Below, in pieces: positions 40,675 through 51,346 of a stretch of DNA of 64,000 nt (position 1 is the stretch's first letter; every line of letters begins with the position of its first letter). The position numbers and the translations under genes are program-made. The DNA is from Gammaproteobacteria bacterium (lineage in GTDB: Bacteria > Pseudomonadota > Gammaproteobacteria > UBA4575). The stretch is from the NCBI GenBank assembly GCA_965221955.1, contig CBDCTA010000029.1:32001-96000 (forward strand). Direction: 5' to 3'. The notes beneath the pieces were generated by a model. It did no database searches. It had not been told where the DNA came from and worked only from the letters and a program-made list of their open reading frames with translations.

Positions 40675-41286
40675 TTAACTATCCCCAAATATCTCAGAAT
40701 AGTCTTCAATAGCAGCTGTTATTACAGACACAGCATGTGCATGATCATAAGGCTCACCGACGTGGACACTTTGCTCTTCACCAGAAAGAACCTTGTATGT
40801 AGTGAAATAATGTCTTAGGCGATCTATCATCGAAGCAGGTAACTCGGATAGTTCTCGAATTTCATTCCACATGCCGTCGTTATCAAGTATGGCAATAATT
40901 TTATCGTCCGCTTCGCCACCATCTAACATTGGAAGTCCACCAACAACACGTGCATTAAGAAGAACTTCTGAGCGCGTTATTGGACGTTCACTTATTACAC
41001 ATATGTCCAAAGGGTCTGAATCACCAGTTTTAGCATTGTCCATAAGTGCTCGTACGCGTTCACCACAATAGGTTCTGGGTATAAAACCATAGAGAGTTGG
41101 TGGAAGAGATGATGTGCGATGTGGTCGGTCTACTCGCAGGTATCCTGTATCTTTATCTATTTCATATTTCATCAAGTCAAAAGGTGTAATTTCGATATAA
41201 GCATAGACCAATGAGGGTGGGTTCGGTCCAACTTCAAGTCCATGCCATGGGTGTGGTCGCCACTGGTTAAATGTTGTTTTTTTCAT
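40675..41286 (-). CDS. ppa: Family I inorganic pyrophosphatase
   Basis: [37 protein letters not shown]. Confidence 0.93.
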   Translation of the reverse strand: MKKTTFNQWRPHPWHGLEVGPNPPSLVYAYIEITPFDLMKYEIDKDTGYLRVDRPHRTSSLPPTLYGFIPRTYCGERVRALMDNAKTGDSDPLDICVISERPITRSEVLLNARVVGGLPMLDGGEADDKIIAILDNDGMWNEIRELSELPASMIDRLRHYFTTYKVLSGEEQSVHVGEPYDHAHAVSVITAAIEDYSEIFGDS

Positions 41287-41301
41287 TGCGCTTGGTTACA
41301 G

Positions 41302-41340
41302 GAAAATAGTAATTAATCATTTTGATTAATTACTATTTTC
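41302..41340. other. Perfect 18-bp inverted repeat
   Basis: GAAAATAGTAATTAATCA-TTT-TGATTAATTACTATTTTC just upstream of ppa. Confidence 0.8.
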
Positions 41341-41405
41341 AGTTAATTGAGAATGTTTGCTTGGGATCGTTAATAGGCAATAGTTTTTCTATTCTTTTTA
41401 AGTAG

Positions 41406-41915
41406 TTACCCACCATAAAATACTTTCTCGCCCAAGTCTCCTAATACGAGAGTCTCTTCATCCGCACGACCTGATATTTCACGATTTAAACTTGCTTCAA
41501 TAACTTCTCCAATAAAAAGTGAATGATCACCTCGCTCGATAGAATCCACAAATTTACATTCAAGACATGCTGCAGCGTTATCAAAGATTGGCGCTCCAGA
41601 TGTGCCAATGGTAAATGGCTCACCGCCAATTGAGTTACCTTCACGCTCTAAAGTCTTAAAAAAAGTATATGCAAGATCTTGTTGTCCTTTGCCAAGAATA
41701 TTTAATGCAAATGTTTTAGTCTCTTTAACTATTTCATGAGCACCTGAATCAGTTTTAACACCAAGTGCAACTAATGGTGGTTCAAATGAAGCTTGAGTTA
41801 CCCAATTGATTGTTGCAGCCGCAATTTGGCCATCCTTTGATTCACTTGTAAGGATATATAATCCATATGGAATCATTCGTAGTGTGGTTTTCTTGATTTG
41901 TGCATCCATATTCAA
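41406..41915 (-). CDS. Flavin reductase-like FMN-binding protein
   Basis: PYGLYILT, WVTQASFEPP, GDHSLFIGEV, YGG end. Confidence 0.9.
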   Translation of the reverse strand: MNMDAQIKKTTLRMIPYGLYILTSESKDGQIAAATINWVTQASFEPPLVALGVKTDSGAHEIVKETKTFALNILGKGQQDLAYTFFKTLEREGNSIGGEPFTIGTSGAPIFDNAAACLECKFVDSIERGDHSLFIGEVIEASLNREISGRADEETLVLGDLGEKVFYGG

Positions 41916-42154
41916 TTACCTCTTATATTTTTATACAAACTTTATAAATTTTTTATAGAAACATTATTTGATTGATGTATCGAACTAGTTTAATCGAATT
42001 ATCAAATGAATATTTACTTTGGTTTATTTGTAGCCATTATGAATTTTTAAAACTGAAATTACCAATTGCTCTTCATAATTATTATAACAAGCTTAGCTTT
42101 AAACTATTCGAGCTATTCTTGACGCGATTCATATTCGCACGTTAAGCAGTCATC

Positions 42155-42892
42155 TTAATTACTCAATGTCCTGCCACCATCCACTGCGATAATTTGTCCA
42201 GTGATGTAGCCCGCTTTTTCAATTAAAAATAATGCGGTTTCTGCAATGTCTTTAGGGTGGCCTTCACGTTTTAAAGCCGTGCGTTCGATAATCGCTTGGT
42301 GCATGCCTTCATAATGTTGTTCTTCGGGCCACATGATGGCGCCGGGCGCGATACCATTTACACGAATTTCAGGTGCTAATTCACGTGCCATGGATTTAGT
42401 AAACATAATTAAACCCGCTTTGGCGATGCTGTAAACTGAATAATTTTTTAAAGGTCGATCACCGTGGATATCGACGATGTTAATAATGCAGCCTTTGTGT
42501 TGTTTTAAGTGTTCTGCTAAGGCCTGAGTTAGATATAAAGGGGCTTTGAGATTTACACCGACAAGGTCTTCCCAAATTTCTTCGCTTACATCTTTTAGAT
42601 CGTTTGGATAAAAAGAAGAGGCATTGTTAATCAGTACGTCGATGTGACCAAATGATGTGATGGCATCATTCATTAATCTAGGAATAGCGGAATAATCTTT
42701 TAAGTCTCCTTTAAGTAACTTAACGGAATCCGCACGTTTTGCGTTCAGTTGATCTGCAAGGGAGGTAGCATCTTGGCTGGAGCTGCGATAGTGTAGAACG
42801 ATATTCATGCCTGCTTGATGCAGGTGTCGAACCATTTCAGCACCTACGCGCCGTGCAGCACCGGTGATCAGGACTACTTTAGGTTTGCTCAT
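42155..42892 (-). CDS. folM: Pteridine reductase (FolM/PTR1-like SDR)
   Basis: TGAARRVG, LINNASSF, YSIAK, RVNGIAPG, VDGGR. Confidence 0.88.
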   Translation of the reverse strand: MSKPKVVLITGAARRVGAEMVRHLHQAGMNIVLHYRSSSQDATSLADQLNAKRADSVKLLKGDLKDYSAIPRLMNDAITSFGHIDVLINNASSFYPNDLKDVSEEIWEDLVGVNLKAPLYLTQALAEHLKQHKGCIINIVDIHGDRPLKNYSVYSIAKAGLIMFTKSMARELAPEIRVNGIAPGAIMWPEEQHYEGMHQAIIERTALKREGHPKDIAETALFLIEKAGYITGQIIAVDGGRTLSN

Positions 42893-42953
42893 TTATTTAT
42901 TGTCTCACCATAATATTTCTAAACTTTAACATACCTTTTTTAGTAGCAGCCCC

Positions 42954-44129
42954 ATGTCTAGTTCACAGCTCTCAAATTCAAATAATAATGCACAACAGCT
43001 TGCAACTCAGCGCTGTGCGCAAAGAATAAAAGAGGTCATTCAAAAGAAAGGTGATATCGGCTTTGATGAGTATATGTACATTGCGCTGTATGACCCGGAA
43101 GTAGGTTACTACCAACAGCAAGATGAGATATTTGGTAGTGAAGGCGACTTTACCACGGTGCCAGAGACCTCTGTGCATTTGGCTTATTGCTTAGCACACG
43201 CATGCGCAAAACTCATTCATGATGATGCAGAGCGAATAATATTAGAAGTGGGCGCAGGCAGTGGCAAGCTTGCGGTGGATATTTTGCACTATTTAGCAGC
43301 ATGGCAAATTTTGCCTCAGCGATATTACATTTATGAACCAAGTGCCACATTACGTGCAAAACAAATCAAGCAAGTAGAACAAGCGCTTCCCGATTACATG
43401 GAAAATGTTGTGTGGTTATCGGATCTATCCATTGAGCTTGATACCGTTATTATCATTGCTAATGAAGTATTGGATGCGCTGCCAGTTAAATGTTTTGAAG
43501 TACAGTCACAGAATATTAATGAAAGACGTGTAGGGCTAAATGACCAAGGTGGTTTTAGTTGGAGCTTAAAAAAACCATCTGAAACGCTGGATGCTGCATT
43601 TGATTATATTACCGTAATGCTGGATGAACCTCTGGCTGAAGGTTATCAAAGCGAGATCAATCTACAATATGAATCTACCTTGAAAGCTTGGGCGGATGCT
43701 TGTCAGCAGTGTGTAATGTTTTTAATTGATTATGGTTACCCTAGGCATGAGTACTATCACCCACAACGCAATATGGGCACCCTACGTAGTTATTTTAAAC
43801 ACCAAGTATCGGAAGATGTGTTGTGCAATCCAGGTATACAAGATATCACTGCAGATGTGGACTTTTCTGCGGTTGCAAAGATTGCGAGCTATTTGCAGCT
43901 AGGATTATTAGCTTTTAGCTCACAACGAAATTTCATGTTGGCAAATCATTTGCTCGAATGGCGGCCCAATGCAGATGATGAAGTGGAACGCCTGGCGCAG
44001 ATTGCACAGCTCAAACAGCTTACACTGGGCTCAGCAATAAGTGAACGTTTTCAAGTCATGGTGTTGGGTAAAGGTATCGACTATGGGGCAGACAAATTTA
44101 CGGTCCGGGACATGCGCGCACGACTATAA
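42954..44129 (+). CDS. MidA/NDUFAF7-family SAM-dependent methyltransferase
   Basis: GDFTTVPE, EVGAGSG, ANEVLDALP, IDYGY, QDITADVDF. Confidence 0.9.
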   Translation: MSSSQLSNSNNNAQQLATQRCAQRIKEVIQKKGDIGFDEYMYIALYDPEVGYYQQQDEIFGSEGDFTTVPETSVHLAYCLAHACAKLIHDDAERIILEVGAGSGKLAVDILHYLAAWQILPQRYYIYEPSATLRAKQIKQVEQALPDYMENVVWLSDLSIELDTVIIIANEVLDALPVKCFEVQSQNINERRVGLNDQGGFSWSLKKPSETLDAAFDYITVMLDEPLAEGYQSEINLQYESTLKAWADACQQCVMFLIDYGYPRHEYYHPQRNMGTLRSYFKHQVSEDVLCNPGIQDITADVDFSAVAKIASYLQLGLLAFSSQRNFMLANHLLEWRPNADDEVERLAQIAQLKQLTLGSAISERFQVMVLGKGIDYGADKFTVRDMRARL

Positions 44130-44162
44130 CGAATAAAAAGAGATTTCATATATTTAAACATT

Positions 44163-44960
44163 ATGGATGCACTGCACGCATTTTTACTCGCTGTTATTCA
44201 GGGATTGACTGAGTTTTTGCCTATTTCAAGTTCAGCCCATCTGGTGTTATTGCCGATCATCATGCAATGGCAAGATCAAGGCGTGGTGGTGGATATTGCT
44301 GCTCATTTAGGAAGTTTGTTTGCAGTAGTATTTTATTTTCGTCACGATTTAAAGAGACTATTAAATAGTTGGCTACAGTCTGTTAGCTCAGGACATGAAA
44401 CTGATGATAGTAATTTAATTTGGTTGTTAGTTTGGGCAAGCTTGCCAATTTTTATTGTGGCATTAATTGTACAAGCTTATTTATTACCTTATATTCGTGA
44501 CGCAGTGGTTATAGGAATAGCCTCAATCGTATTCGCAATTTTACTTTGGTTTGCAGATAAGTACGGCAGTCAAACACGTGCCGATAAAGACCTAAAAGTC
44601 ATTGATGCAATTTTAATTGGTGTAGCTCAAGCGTTTGCCCTAATACCTGGTGCATCTCGTTCAGGTGTTACGATTACAGCGGGCTTGTGGTTAGGACTTA
44701 CACGTGTCGAAGCTGCACGGTTTTCTTTTTTATTAGCTATTCCCGCCATATTCGCAGCTTCTTTATATGGAGCTTATAGAGCTATGCAGCATGATTTTGT
44801 GATTCATTGGGCACTCACAATTGGCGTCATCGCATGTTCTGCAATTGTGGCCTTCTTATGCATAGACTGGTTTTTAAAAATGGTTGGTAAGATCGGCATG
44901 CTGCCCTTTGTGGTATACCGTATCTTGCTTGGAAGTGTGCTGTTAATTTTCTATTTATAA
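44163..44960 (+). CDS. uppP: Undecaprenyl-diphosphate phosphatase
   Basis: QGLTEFLPISSSAH, PGASRSGVT, ARFSFLL. Confidence 0.96.
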   Translation: MDALHAFLLAVIQGLTEFLPISSSAHLVLLPIIMQWQDQGVVVDIAAHLGSLFAVVFYFRHDLKRLLNSWLQSVSSGHETDDSNLIWLLVWASLPIFIVALIVQAYLLPYIRDAVVIGIASIVFAILLWFADKYGSQTRADKDLKVIDAILIGVAQAFALIPGASRSGVTITAGLWLGLTRVEAARFSFLLAIPAIFAASLYGAYRAMQHDFVIHWALTIGVIACSAIVAFLCIDWFLKMVGKIGMLPFVVYRILLGSVLLIFYL

Positions 44961-44962
44961 AT

Positions 44963-46117
44963 TCATTTTCTGTTTTTTATTAATTTATTAAGCATATCAA
45001 GCTGTGCTTGTTGAATGTTGTGTGTTAGTTCTTCCGCGCTTACCTTTTCACGAATCCAGGTATCGATGCTTACATTCTCAACCTCCATCGCAATTGTTTG
45101 CAACCATTTTTTTTGCTCATATGATGTATTATTTTTTGCGCATGTATAAATGGTTTCGCAAATATCTAATAAAACGATAAAGCGCTCTGGGTTTCTTCGT
45201 GCATCTAATCTGCGTATTAGTTGCAGTAATTCTTCAGCATTTAATTGCAAAGCATTATGGCAGTCATGCTGTAAAGAAATGAGAAGTGTAATGAGTTTCT
45301 TACATATGTTCGGGAGTGGAAACTCAGTTGTGAAATTTTTAATGTTTTCATGGTTATTGTGGTCGTGAAAATGTAAGCCGCCAATAAAGCTTGCAAAACG
45401 AATATTTGCGTCAGAGTATTTTTTTGTTATGGCTGCTAACACTGTATGCCCAAGAGAACTGCTTTTGGGTGTCGAGAGTGGGGGATAAATTTGTGGAAAT
45501 ACCTGAGCTAATGCGCTTGTCTCTTTTAATACTAGAAAAAATTCTCCTGGAGAATCAGTTTCTAAAGCTTTAGTCGTTTCTTGCCATACTCGTTCTAGAG
45601 AAAGTTCTTTGAGTTCATTGGACGCTACGATTTGACGCATCAGAGACGAAGTCTCTTTATGAACAGTAAAACCTAATGAATGATATTTTGCGGCAAAGCG
45701 TGCTACACGCAATACCCGTAATGGGTCTTCAGAAAACGCATTGGAAACATGGCGTAGTATTTTTTTCTCTAAATCTTGTTGACCGCCATAAGGGTCTATA
45801 ATTTCACCACTTTCATTTTGTGCGATTGCATTAATGGTTAAATCACGACGTAATAAATCTTCTTCCAAGGTGACATCAGGAGACGTGTAAAAGTTAAAAC
45901 CTTGGTGCCCGCGTCCTTGCTTTTTTTCAGTCCGGGCGAGTGCGTACTCTTCTTTACTTTGTGGATGTAAAAAAACAGGAAAATCTTTCCCCACCGCTTT
46001 GAAGCCTTGAGATTGCATTTCTTCAGGGCTAGCACCCACCACTACCCAATCACGTTCGGTTACGGGCAGACCTAAAAGTTCATCGCGGACTGCACCACCG
46101 ACTAGATAAACTTCCAT
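44963..46117 (-). CDS. cca: tRNA nucleotidyltransferase (CCA-adding), no clear HD motif
   Basis: VGGAVRD, DLLRRDLTINA, EDPLRVLRVARF. Confidence 0.93.
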   Translation of the reverse strand: MEVYLVGGAVRDELLGLPVTERDWVVVGASPEEMQSQGFKAVGKDFPVFLHPQSKEEYALARTEKKQGRGHQGFNFYTSPDVTLEEDLLRRDLTINAIAQNESGEIIDPYGGQQDLEKKILRHVSNAFSEDPLRVLRVARFAAKYHSLGFTVHKETSSLMRQIVASNELKELSLERVWQETTKALETDSPGEFFLVLKETSALAQVFPQIYPPLSTPKSSSLGHTVLAAITKKYSDANIRFASFIGGLHFHDHNNHENIKNFTTEFPLPNICKKLITLLISLQHDCHNALQLNAEELLQLIRRLDARRNPERFIVLLDICETIYTCAKNNTSYEQKKWLQTIAMEVENVSIDTWIREKVSAEELTHNIQQAQLDMLNKLIKNRK

Positions 46118-46150
46118 TGCTAGAACTGATGAGTGTGATAACGTAAAAAC

Positions 46151-47209
46151 ATGCTAGGAATTATAGGTCGATTATTTGTGCTTGGATGGCTTTTAATCAG
46201 CTTTTCAGGTTGTACTACAGTTGGTTATTACCATCAGTCTATTTTTGGGCATCTTAAACTAATCTCAAAACGTGAACCTATAATTGATATCGTAAACGAT
46301 TCAACGCGTGACGAGAAATTAATTGCACAGTTGCGCTTAGCACAAGAATTGCGATTATTTGCAACGCATGAGCTAAAGCTACCTGAGAATGACAGTTACC
46401 GCAGTTACGTTCAGTTAGATCATCCATATGTTACGTGGAATGTGTTTGCGGCACCCGAGTTTTCAACCGCATTACAGCAGTGGTGTTTTTTAGTGGTTGG
46501 TTGTGTGCCTTATCGTGGCTATTTTGATCAGGCAGATGCACACCATTATGCAGATCGGTTATCTAAGCGAGGTTTGGACGTCTATGTTGCAGGAGTGCCT
46601 GCATATTCCACTCTTGGTTGGTTTGATGATCCATTATTAAGCAGCATGATAGATCGTGGTGAGATTGTTACGGCTGCGTATATATTTCATGAATTAGCAC
46701 ATCAACAATATTATCTCAAAGGAGACGGTGCATTTAATGAGGCTTTTGCAACCGCAGTGGAAGAAATCGGTGTGTTGCGATGGCTAGAGCAGCAAAATCG
46801 TAGAGATGATGCAGAGAATTATGAGGATTGGTTAGCACAAAAAACACTCTTTTCAGCTTTTATTAAAAGCAGTCGAGATGAATTTGATGCTTTATATCAA
46901 CAAGAACATTCTCTTGAAAAAATGCAAGTTGAAAAGCAAATACTGATCGCTGAAATGCGAAGAAAGTTTGAAGATTTGAGTCTAGAAAATAAACATATTG
47001 CTAGATATTCAAAATGGATGTCTGGGCCATTAAATAATGCTCAACTCGGTGCTATTTCTTTATATCGTGAATTAGTGCCTGCTTTTCGAAATATATTTAT
47101 TTCATGTGGAAACGATTTTGAAAAATTTTATGCACGTGTACAAAATATTGCAAAAATGTCGGAGGAGAAACGAGTCGAGATACTTCAATCTGAAGATAAA
47201 TGTGCTTGA
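46151..47209 (+). CDS. Putative zinc aminopeptidase lipoprotein
   Basis: Lipobox FSGC, GCVPYRGYF, AYSTLGWFDDP, HELAH...NEAFA. Confidence 0.88.
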   Translation: MLGIIGRLFVLGWLLISFSGCTTVGYYHQSIFGHLKLISKREPIIDIVNDSTRDEKLIAQLRLAQELRLFATHELKLPENDSYRSYVQLDHPYVTWNVFAAPEFSTALQQWCFLVVGCVPYRGYFDQADAHHYADRLSKRGLDVYVAGVPAYSTLGWFDDPLLSSMIDRGEIVTAAYIFHELAHQQYYLKGDGAFNEAFATAVEEIGVLRWLEQQNRRDDAENYEDWLAQKTLFSAFIKSSRDEFDALYQQEHSLEKMQVEKQILIAEMRRKFEDLSLENKHIARYSKWMSGPLNNAQLGAISLYRELVPAFRNIFISCGNDFEKFYARVQNIAKMSEEKRVEILQSEDKCA

Positions 47210-47230
47210 TTCGCCGCTATTGGTTTGTAT

Positions 47231-48172
47231 CTAACGTTTGGCGCGAAAATGCTCCATGTGTTTATAATGAGGATTACTAGTTAAATAATTTGGAACAACT
47301 GCTTCTAAACGGGTGGTGCAGTTTTCATTTTCGTTACTACATATGCTGTCTTGTTGCAGTGAAAGATAATTATCAATTGAAAAAGGTTTGCCAGGTACGA
47401 ATTCGAAAATATTGGCTTGCAACTTAGATGCCCAATTCGGCAGACTAATAATAATTCGATGGTGGCCACTCATAGTCGCTACATATTGGACCAGTTGTTT
47501 AAGGCTGTATTGCTTAGGTCCACATAAATTAATTCTTTGGTCGAAACTGTTGGGGTCATTCAGACTATTCACCATGACTTGAACGACATCACCGACAAAT
47601 ACCGGTGCAAATTTTGTTTTCGCGCAAGCAAGGGGTAGAAAACCTGGTGTAAATTTTAGCACTGAAGCGAAGCGATTTATGAATGAATCTTCAGGACCAA
47701 AAATCACCGAAGGCCTAAAACTGGTTACGGCAATCTTATTGGCTGCAAAAGTGTGTACATAATTCTCGGCTTCACCCTTAGTGCGAAGATAAAAGCTTTT
47801 TACATCGGGGCTGGCATTTAACGCACTCATGTGCAGCAATCTATTCACTTTACAGCTGGAACACATGGTAATGACTTTGCGAGCTAGCTCTACATGCGCA
47901 ATATGAAAGCCACTGCCATCATGGCCTTTCTCATTCAGAATGCCTACGAGGTTGATCACCGCGTCGCAATCTTGAAAATGCCGCTTAAGTTGAGCTTCGT
48001 TATGAATATCTGCTTGGATGAGTTGCAAGCTTGGCAACACTAATAAGTTACGATGTTTTTCACGCTGCCGAGTAAGTACTTTTATTTGGTACCCACGCTC
48101 AACCAATTCGGCACATAGATGGCTTCCTACAAAACCGGTGCCACCGAGTACACATATTGTTAGTTTCTTCAT
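47231..48172 (-). CDS. NDUFA9-like NAD(P)-binding atypical SDR
   Basis: GGTGFVG, INLVGIL, YLRTKGEAE, RPSVIFG. Confidence 0.9.
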   Translation of the reverse strand: MKKLTICVLGGTGFVGSHLCAELVERGYQIKVLTRQREKHRNLLVLPSLQLIQADIHNEAQLKRHFQDCDAVINLVGILNEKGHDGSGFHIAHVELARKVITMCSSCKVNRLLHMSALNASPDVKSFYLRTKGEAENYVHTFAANKIAVTSFRPSVIFGPEDSFINRFASVLKFTPGFLPLACAKTKFAPVFVGDVVQVMVNSLNDPNSFDQRINLCGPKQYSLKQLVQYVATMSGHHRIIISLPNWASKLQANIFEFVPGKPFSIDNYLSLQQDSICSNENENCTTRLEAVVPNYLTSNPHYKHMEHFRAKR

Positions 48173-48523
48173 CAGCAGGAATTAATTAGCTTATTCGCGT
48201 GAATTATGAATAAGCTACCAGGCTTTTGATAGCCTAATCTCTAAGGTGTCAAAAATTTGCCTGAGATAGGAGTGGCACCAAATCGGAAAGGAATTCACGC
48301 TGAAATATAGGCTAAAAAATCACCAATTATGGTGACGTCATTATTCAAATTACTACATTTATCGGCAAATTTAGCCATATTTAGCCTGTTAGCCAGTAAA
48401 TACTTGTAATCATATAAAGAATGCATAAAAATACAGCTATCTACTTTTGATCCCCTTGAGAGCATCATTTCAGGTGTTCGATTTCAAAAACAACACTTTA
48501 TTTATCGATTGGAGTTTTAATAA

Positions 48524-48850
48524 GTGAGCGAAAGTATTTGTCACGTTACTGATGACAGTTTTGAAGAAGAAGTATTAAATAGCGAGCAACCTGTATTAGT
48601 TGATTATTGGGCAGAATGGTGTGGCCCATGCAAAATGATAGCTCCGCTTTTGGATGAAATTGCTGGTGACTATGAAGGTAAGTTAAAAATCACCAAGCTG
48701 AATATCGATGAAAATCCAAACACACCACCTAAGTATGGTATTCGTGGAATACCCACACTCATGATTTTCAAAAATGGTAATGCCGAAGCGACAAAAGTCG
48801 GGGCGTTATCTAAATCGCAATTAACGGCTTTTATTGATCAAAGTATTTAA
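48524..48850 (+). CDS. trxA: Thioredoxin
   Basis: WCGPC, IRGIPTL; upstream of rho. Confidence 0.97.
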   Translation: MSESICHVTDDSFEEEVLNSEQPVLVDYWAEWCGPCKMIAPLLDEIAGDYEGKLKITKLNIDENPNTPPKYGIRGIPTLMIFKNGNAEATKVGALSKSQLTAFIDQSI

Positions 48851-49093
48851 CAAGAAACCAACCTTTATATCCACATTTACTAATTACATAAATAAATAAT
48901 TTTACCGACCGCATCTAAAAATAATTCAGATTTTAACTAGAAATTAGCCCAGAAATTATTCTGGCAACTGCTAGATAATTAACCAGCTATTTTTTAATTA
49001 TAAATAACGCTTCACGCGTTGATCTTACATGCTTTGCAGGACTGCACTGCAGTAAAACACATATATCTTTTGTTTATTTAACTAAAACATTTT

Positions 49094-50356
49094 ATGGCTA
49101 TGAATTTAACAGAACTAAAGAAAAAACCGGCATCAGAGTTAATTGATATTGCTGCGGACATGAAGATAGACAATCTATCTCGTTCACGTAAGCAAGATAT
49201 CATCTTTGCAATTCTTAAGGCGCATGCAAAAAATGGCGAAGACATCCTAGGTGATGGGGTATTAGAAATTCTGCAAGATGGGTTTGGTTTTTTACGTTCT
49301 TCAGATTGTTCATACCTTGCCGGACCTGATGATATTTATGTATCACCAAGTCAAATTCGTCGCTTTGGTTTACGTACAGGAGATACCGTTTCGGGGAAAA
49401 TACGTCCACCAAAAGATAGTGAACGTTACTTTGCCATGCTCAAAGTTGACAAGATTAACTTTGATAAACCTGAAAACGCTAAACGTAAAATCCTATTTGA
49501 AAATTTAACACCTTTGCATCCAGATGAGCGTCTAAAGCTTGAGCGAGGTAATGGTAGTACTGAAGATATTACGGCACGTATTATTGACATCTGCGCTCCA
49601 ATTGGAAAGGGGCAGCGTGGTTTGATCGTATCACCTCCCAAAGCCGGTAAAACACTAATGCTGCAAAACATTGCGCAAAGCATCACTTCCAATCAGCCAG
49701 AGTGTTTTTTAATTGTATTGTTAATTGATGAAAGACCAGAAGAAGTCACAGAGATGTCGCGCATGGTGCAAGGTGAGGTGGTTTCCAGTACTTTTGATGA
49801 GCCTGCCAGCCGTCATGTCCAAGTCGCGGAAATGGTGATCGAAAAAGCCAAACGTCTTGTTGAACATAAAAAAGATGTTGTAATTTTATTAGATTCGATT
49901 ACGCGCTTAGCGCGTGCTTATAACACCGTAGTACCTGCTTCGGGCAAAGTCTTAACCGGTGGTGTGGATGCCAATGCTTTACAACGACCTAAACGCTTCT
50001 TTGGTGCAGCACGTAATGTTGAAGAAGGTGGCAGTCTTACCATAATTGCAACCGCACTGGTTGAAACTGGATCCAAGATGGACGAAGTCATTTACGAAGA
50101 ATTTAAAGGTACTGGTAATATGGAAATCCATATGGACCGTCGTATTGCTGAAAAACGTGTATTCCCTGCAATAAATATCAATCGTTCTGGAACACGTAGG
50201 GAAGAATTAATTACGGATCAAGAAGAACTTGCAAAGATTTGGGTGCTGCGTAAGTTTTTGCACCCAATGGATGAAATAGAGGCCATGGATTTCATGTTGG
50301 GGCGTATGCAAACTACAAAAACTAATGATGAGTTTTTTGATGCAATGAAAAGATAG
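49094..50356 (+). CDS. rho: Transcription termination factor Rho
   Basis: [31 protein letters not shown]. Confidence 0.98.
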   Translation: MAMNLTELKKKPASELIDIAADMKIDNLSRSRKQDIIFAILKAHAKNGEDILGDGVLEILQDGFGFLRSSDCSYLAGPDDIYVSPSQIRRFGLRTGDTVSGKIRPPKDSERYFAMLKVDKINFDKPENAKRKILFENLTPLHPDERLKLERGNGSTEDITARIIDICAPIGKGQRGLIVSPPKAGKTLMLQNIAQSITSNQPECFLIVLLIDERPEEVTEMSRMVQGEVVSSTFDEPASRHVQVAEMVIEKAKRLVEHKKDVVILLDSITRLARAYNTVVPASGKVLTGGVDANALQRPKRFFGAARNVEEGGSLTIIATALVETGSKMDEVIYEEFKGTGNMEIHMDRRIAEKRVFPAININRSGTRREELITDQEELAKIWVLRKFLHPMDEIEAMDFMLGRMQTTKTNDEFFDAMKR

Positions 50357-50408
50357 TTAAGCTGGTTAGAAAAACATATAGGATCTAACTAACTTTAAAA
50401 AACTTAGC

Positions 50409-50999
50409 TTAATTTTTATTTTCTAATACTTGAAATACTCGATCGATTGAATCGTTAATCGTATTTTTACTGGATTGTAGTTGCGCCAATACTCGATGAC
50501 CAAAAAGCAGCGTCATCAAAAAGCGCGCTAATTGAACGGGATCTTCATCGCAAACAATTTCATTATTTTCCTGAGCTTTCACCAGCAATATATACATCTG
50601 CGATTCAATTTCTTGCAGTTTTAACTGGATATAATAGCGCAGCTCTTTTTCTTCAGCTGGAATTTCAAATACCCCGTAGATTAAAAGACAATGCGCATCG
50701 AGACTTCGATTTGTAATTGCATTTCCTACTAATGTAAAAAAGTCTTTTAATGCAGCTAAGCTGGAGTCGTTTTGTTTTGCACATTCATCTAACACACTAA
50801 TCTGGCGTTTAGTGTAATGTTCTATAACTTCGGTATACAGCCCCGTCTTATTTGAAAACGCAGAATAAATACTTCCAGGTTGTAATCCAGTTGCTTTAGT
50901 AATGTCTTTAATTGTTGTGCGTTGAAACCCATTGCGCAAAAAAACTTCTGAAGCTTTGTCTAACACATCACTTCTTTCGAATGCAGGTTGCCTCCCCAT
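50409..50999 (-). CDS. TetR/AcrR family transcriptional regulator
   Basis: MGRQPAF...GFQRTTIKDITKATGLQPGSIYSAFSNK. Confidence 0.92.
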   Translation of the reverse strand: MGRQPAFERSDVLDKASEVFLRNGFQRTTIKDITKATGLQPGSIYSAFSNKTGLYTEVIEHYTKRQISVLDECAKQNDSSLAALKDFFTLVGNAITNRSLDAHCLLIYGVFEIPAEEKELRYYIQLKLQEIESQMYILLVKAQENNEIVCDEDPVQLARFLMTLLFGHRVLAQLQSSKNTINDSIDRVFQVLENKN

Positions 51000-51324
51000 A
51001 GCAAAATGTCCTTAAGTTATTATTACATTCTTAAAAACTTGTTTTGTTCATTAAAAAATTAATGAGCGTACAATCAATTATTAAGCGAAATATGTGTATA
51101 TGTAGATATTGTTAATCTTAATATAAGTTATTTCCTCTTACTGTCAATCGAAATAAAGTTTGATTTCAATAAACTCGTGAAATACATACGAATTAAAATC
51201 TAAGAACTGAAAAAACAAGTAGATAAATACAACAAATTTGAATTCAAGAATTTGTTTTACAAAAATTTACATTAATTATGGATAAGAATCTTTAATGATG
51301 TGTATGAAAATTGAGTAAATATAC

Positions 51325-51340
51325 TTGAGCGATTGTTCAA
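51325..51340. promoter_or_regulatory. Candidate TetR operator
   Basis: Imperfect palindrome TTGAGCGATTGTTCAA upstream of the TetR gene. Confidence 0.35.
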
Positions 51341-51346
51341 ATATTT

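Noticed and set aside
51000-51346. ncRNA or mobile remnant in the AT-rich purD-TetR gap
   Set aside because: No stable structure, repeat or credible ORF beyond a possible operator.
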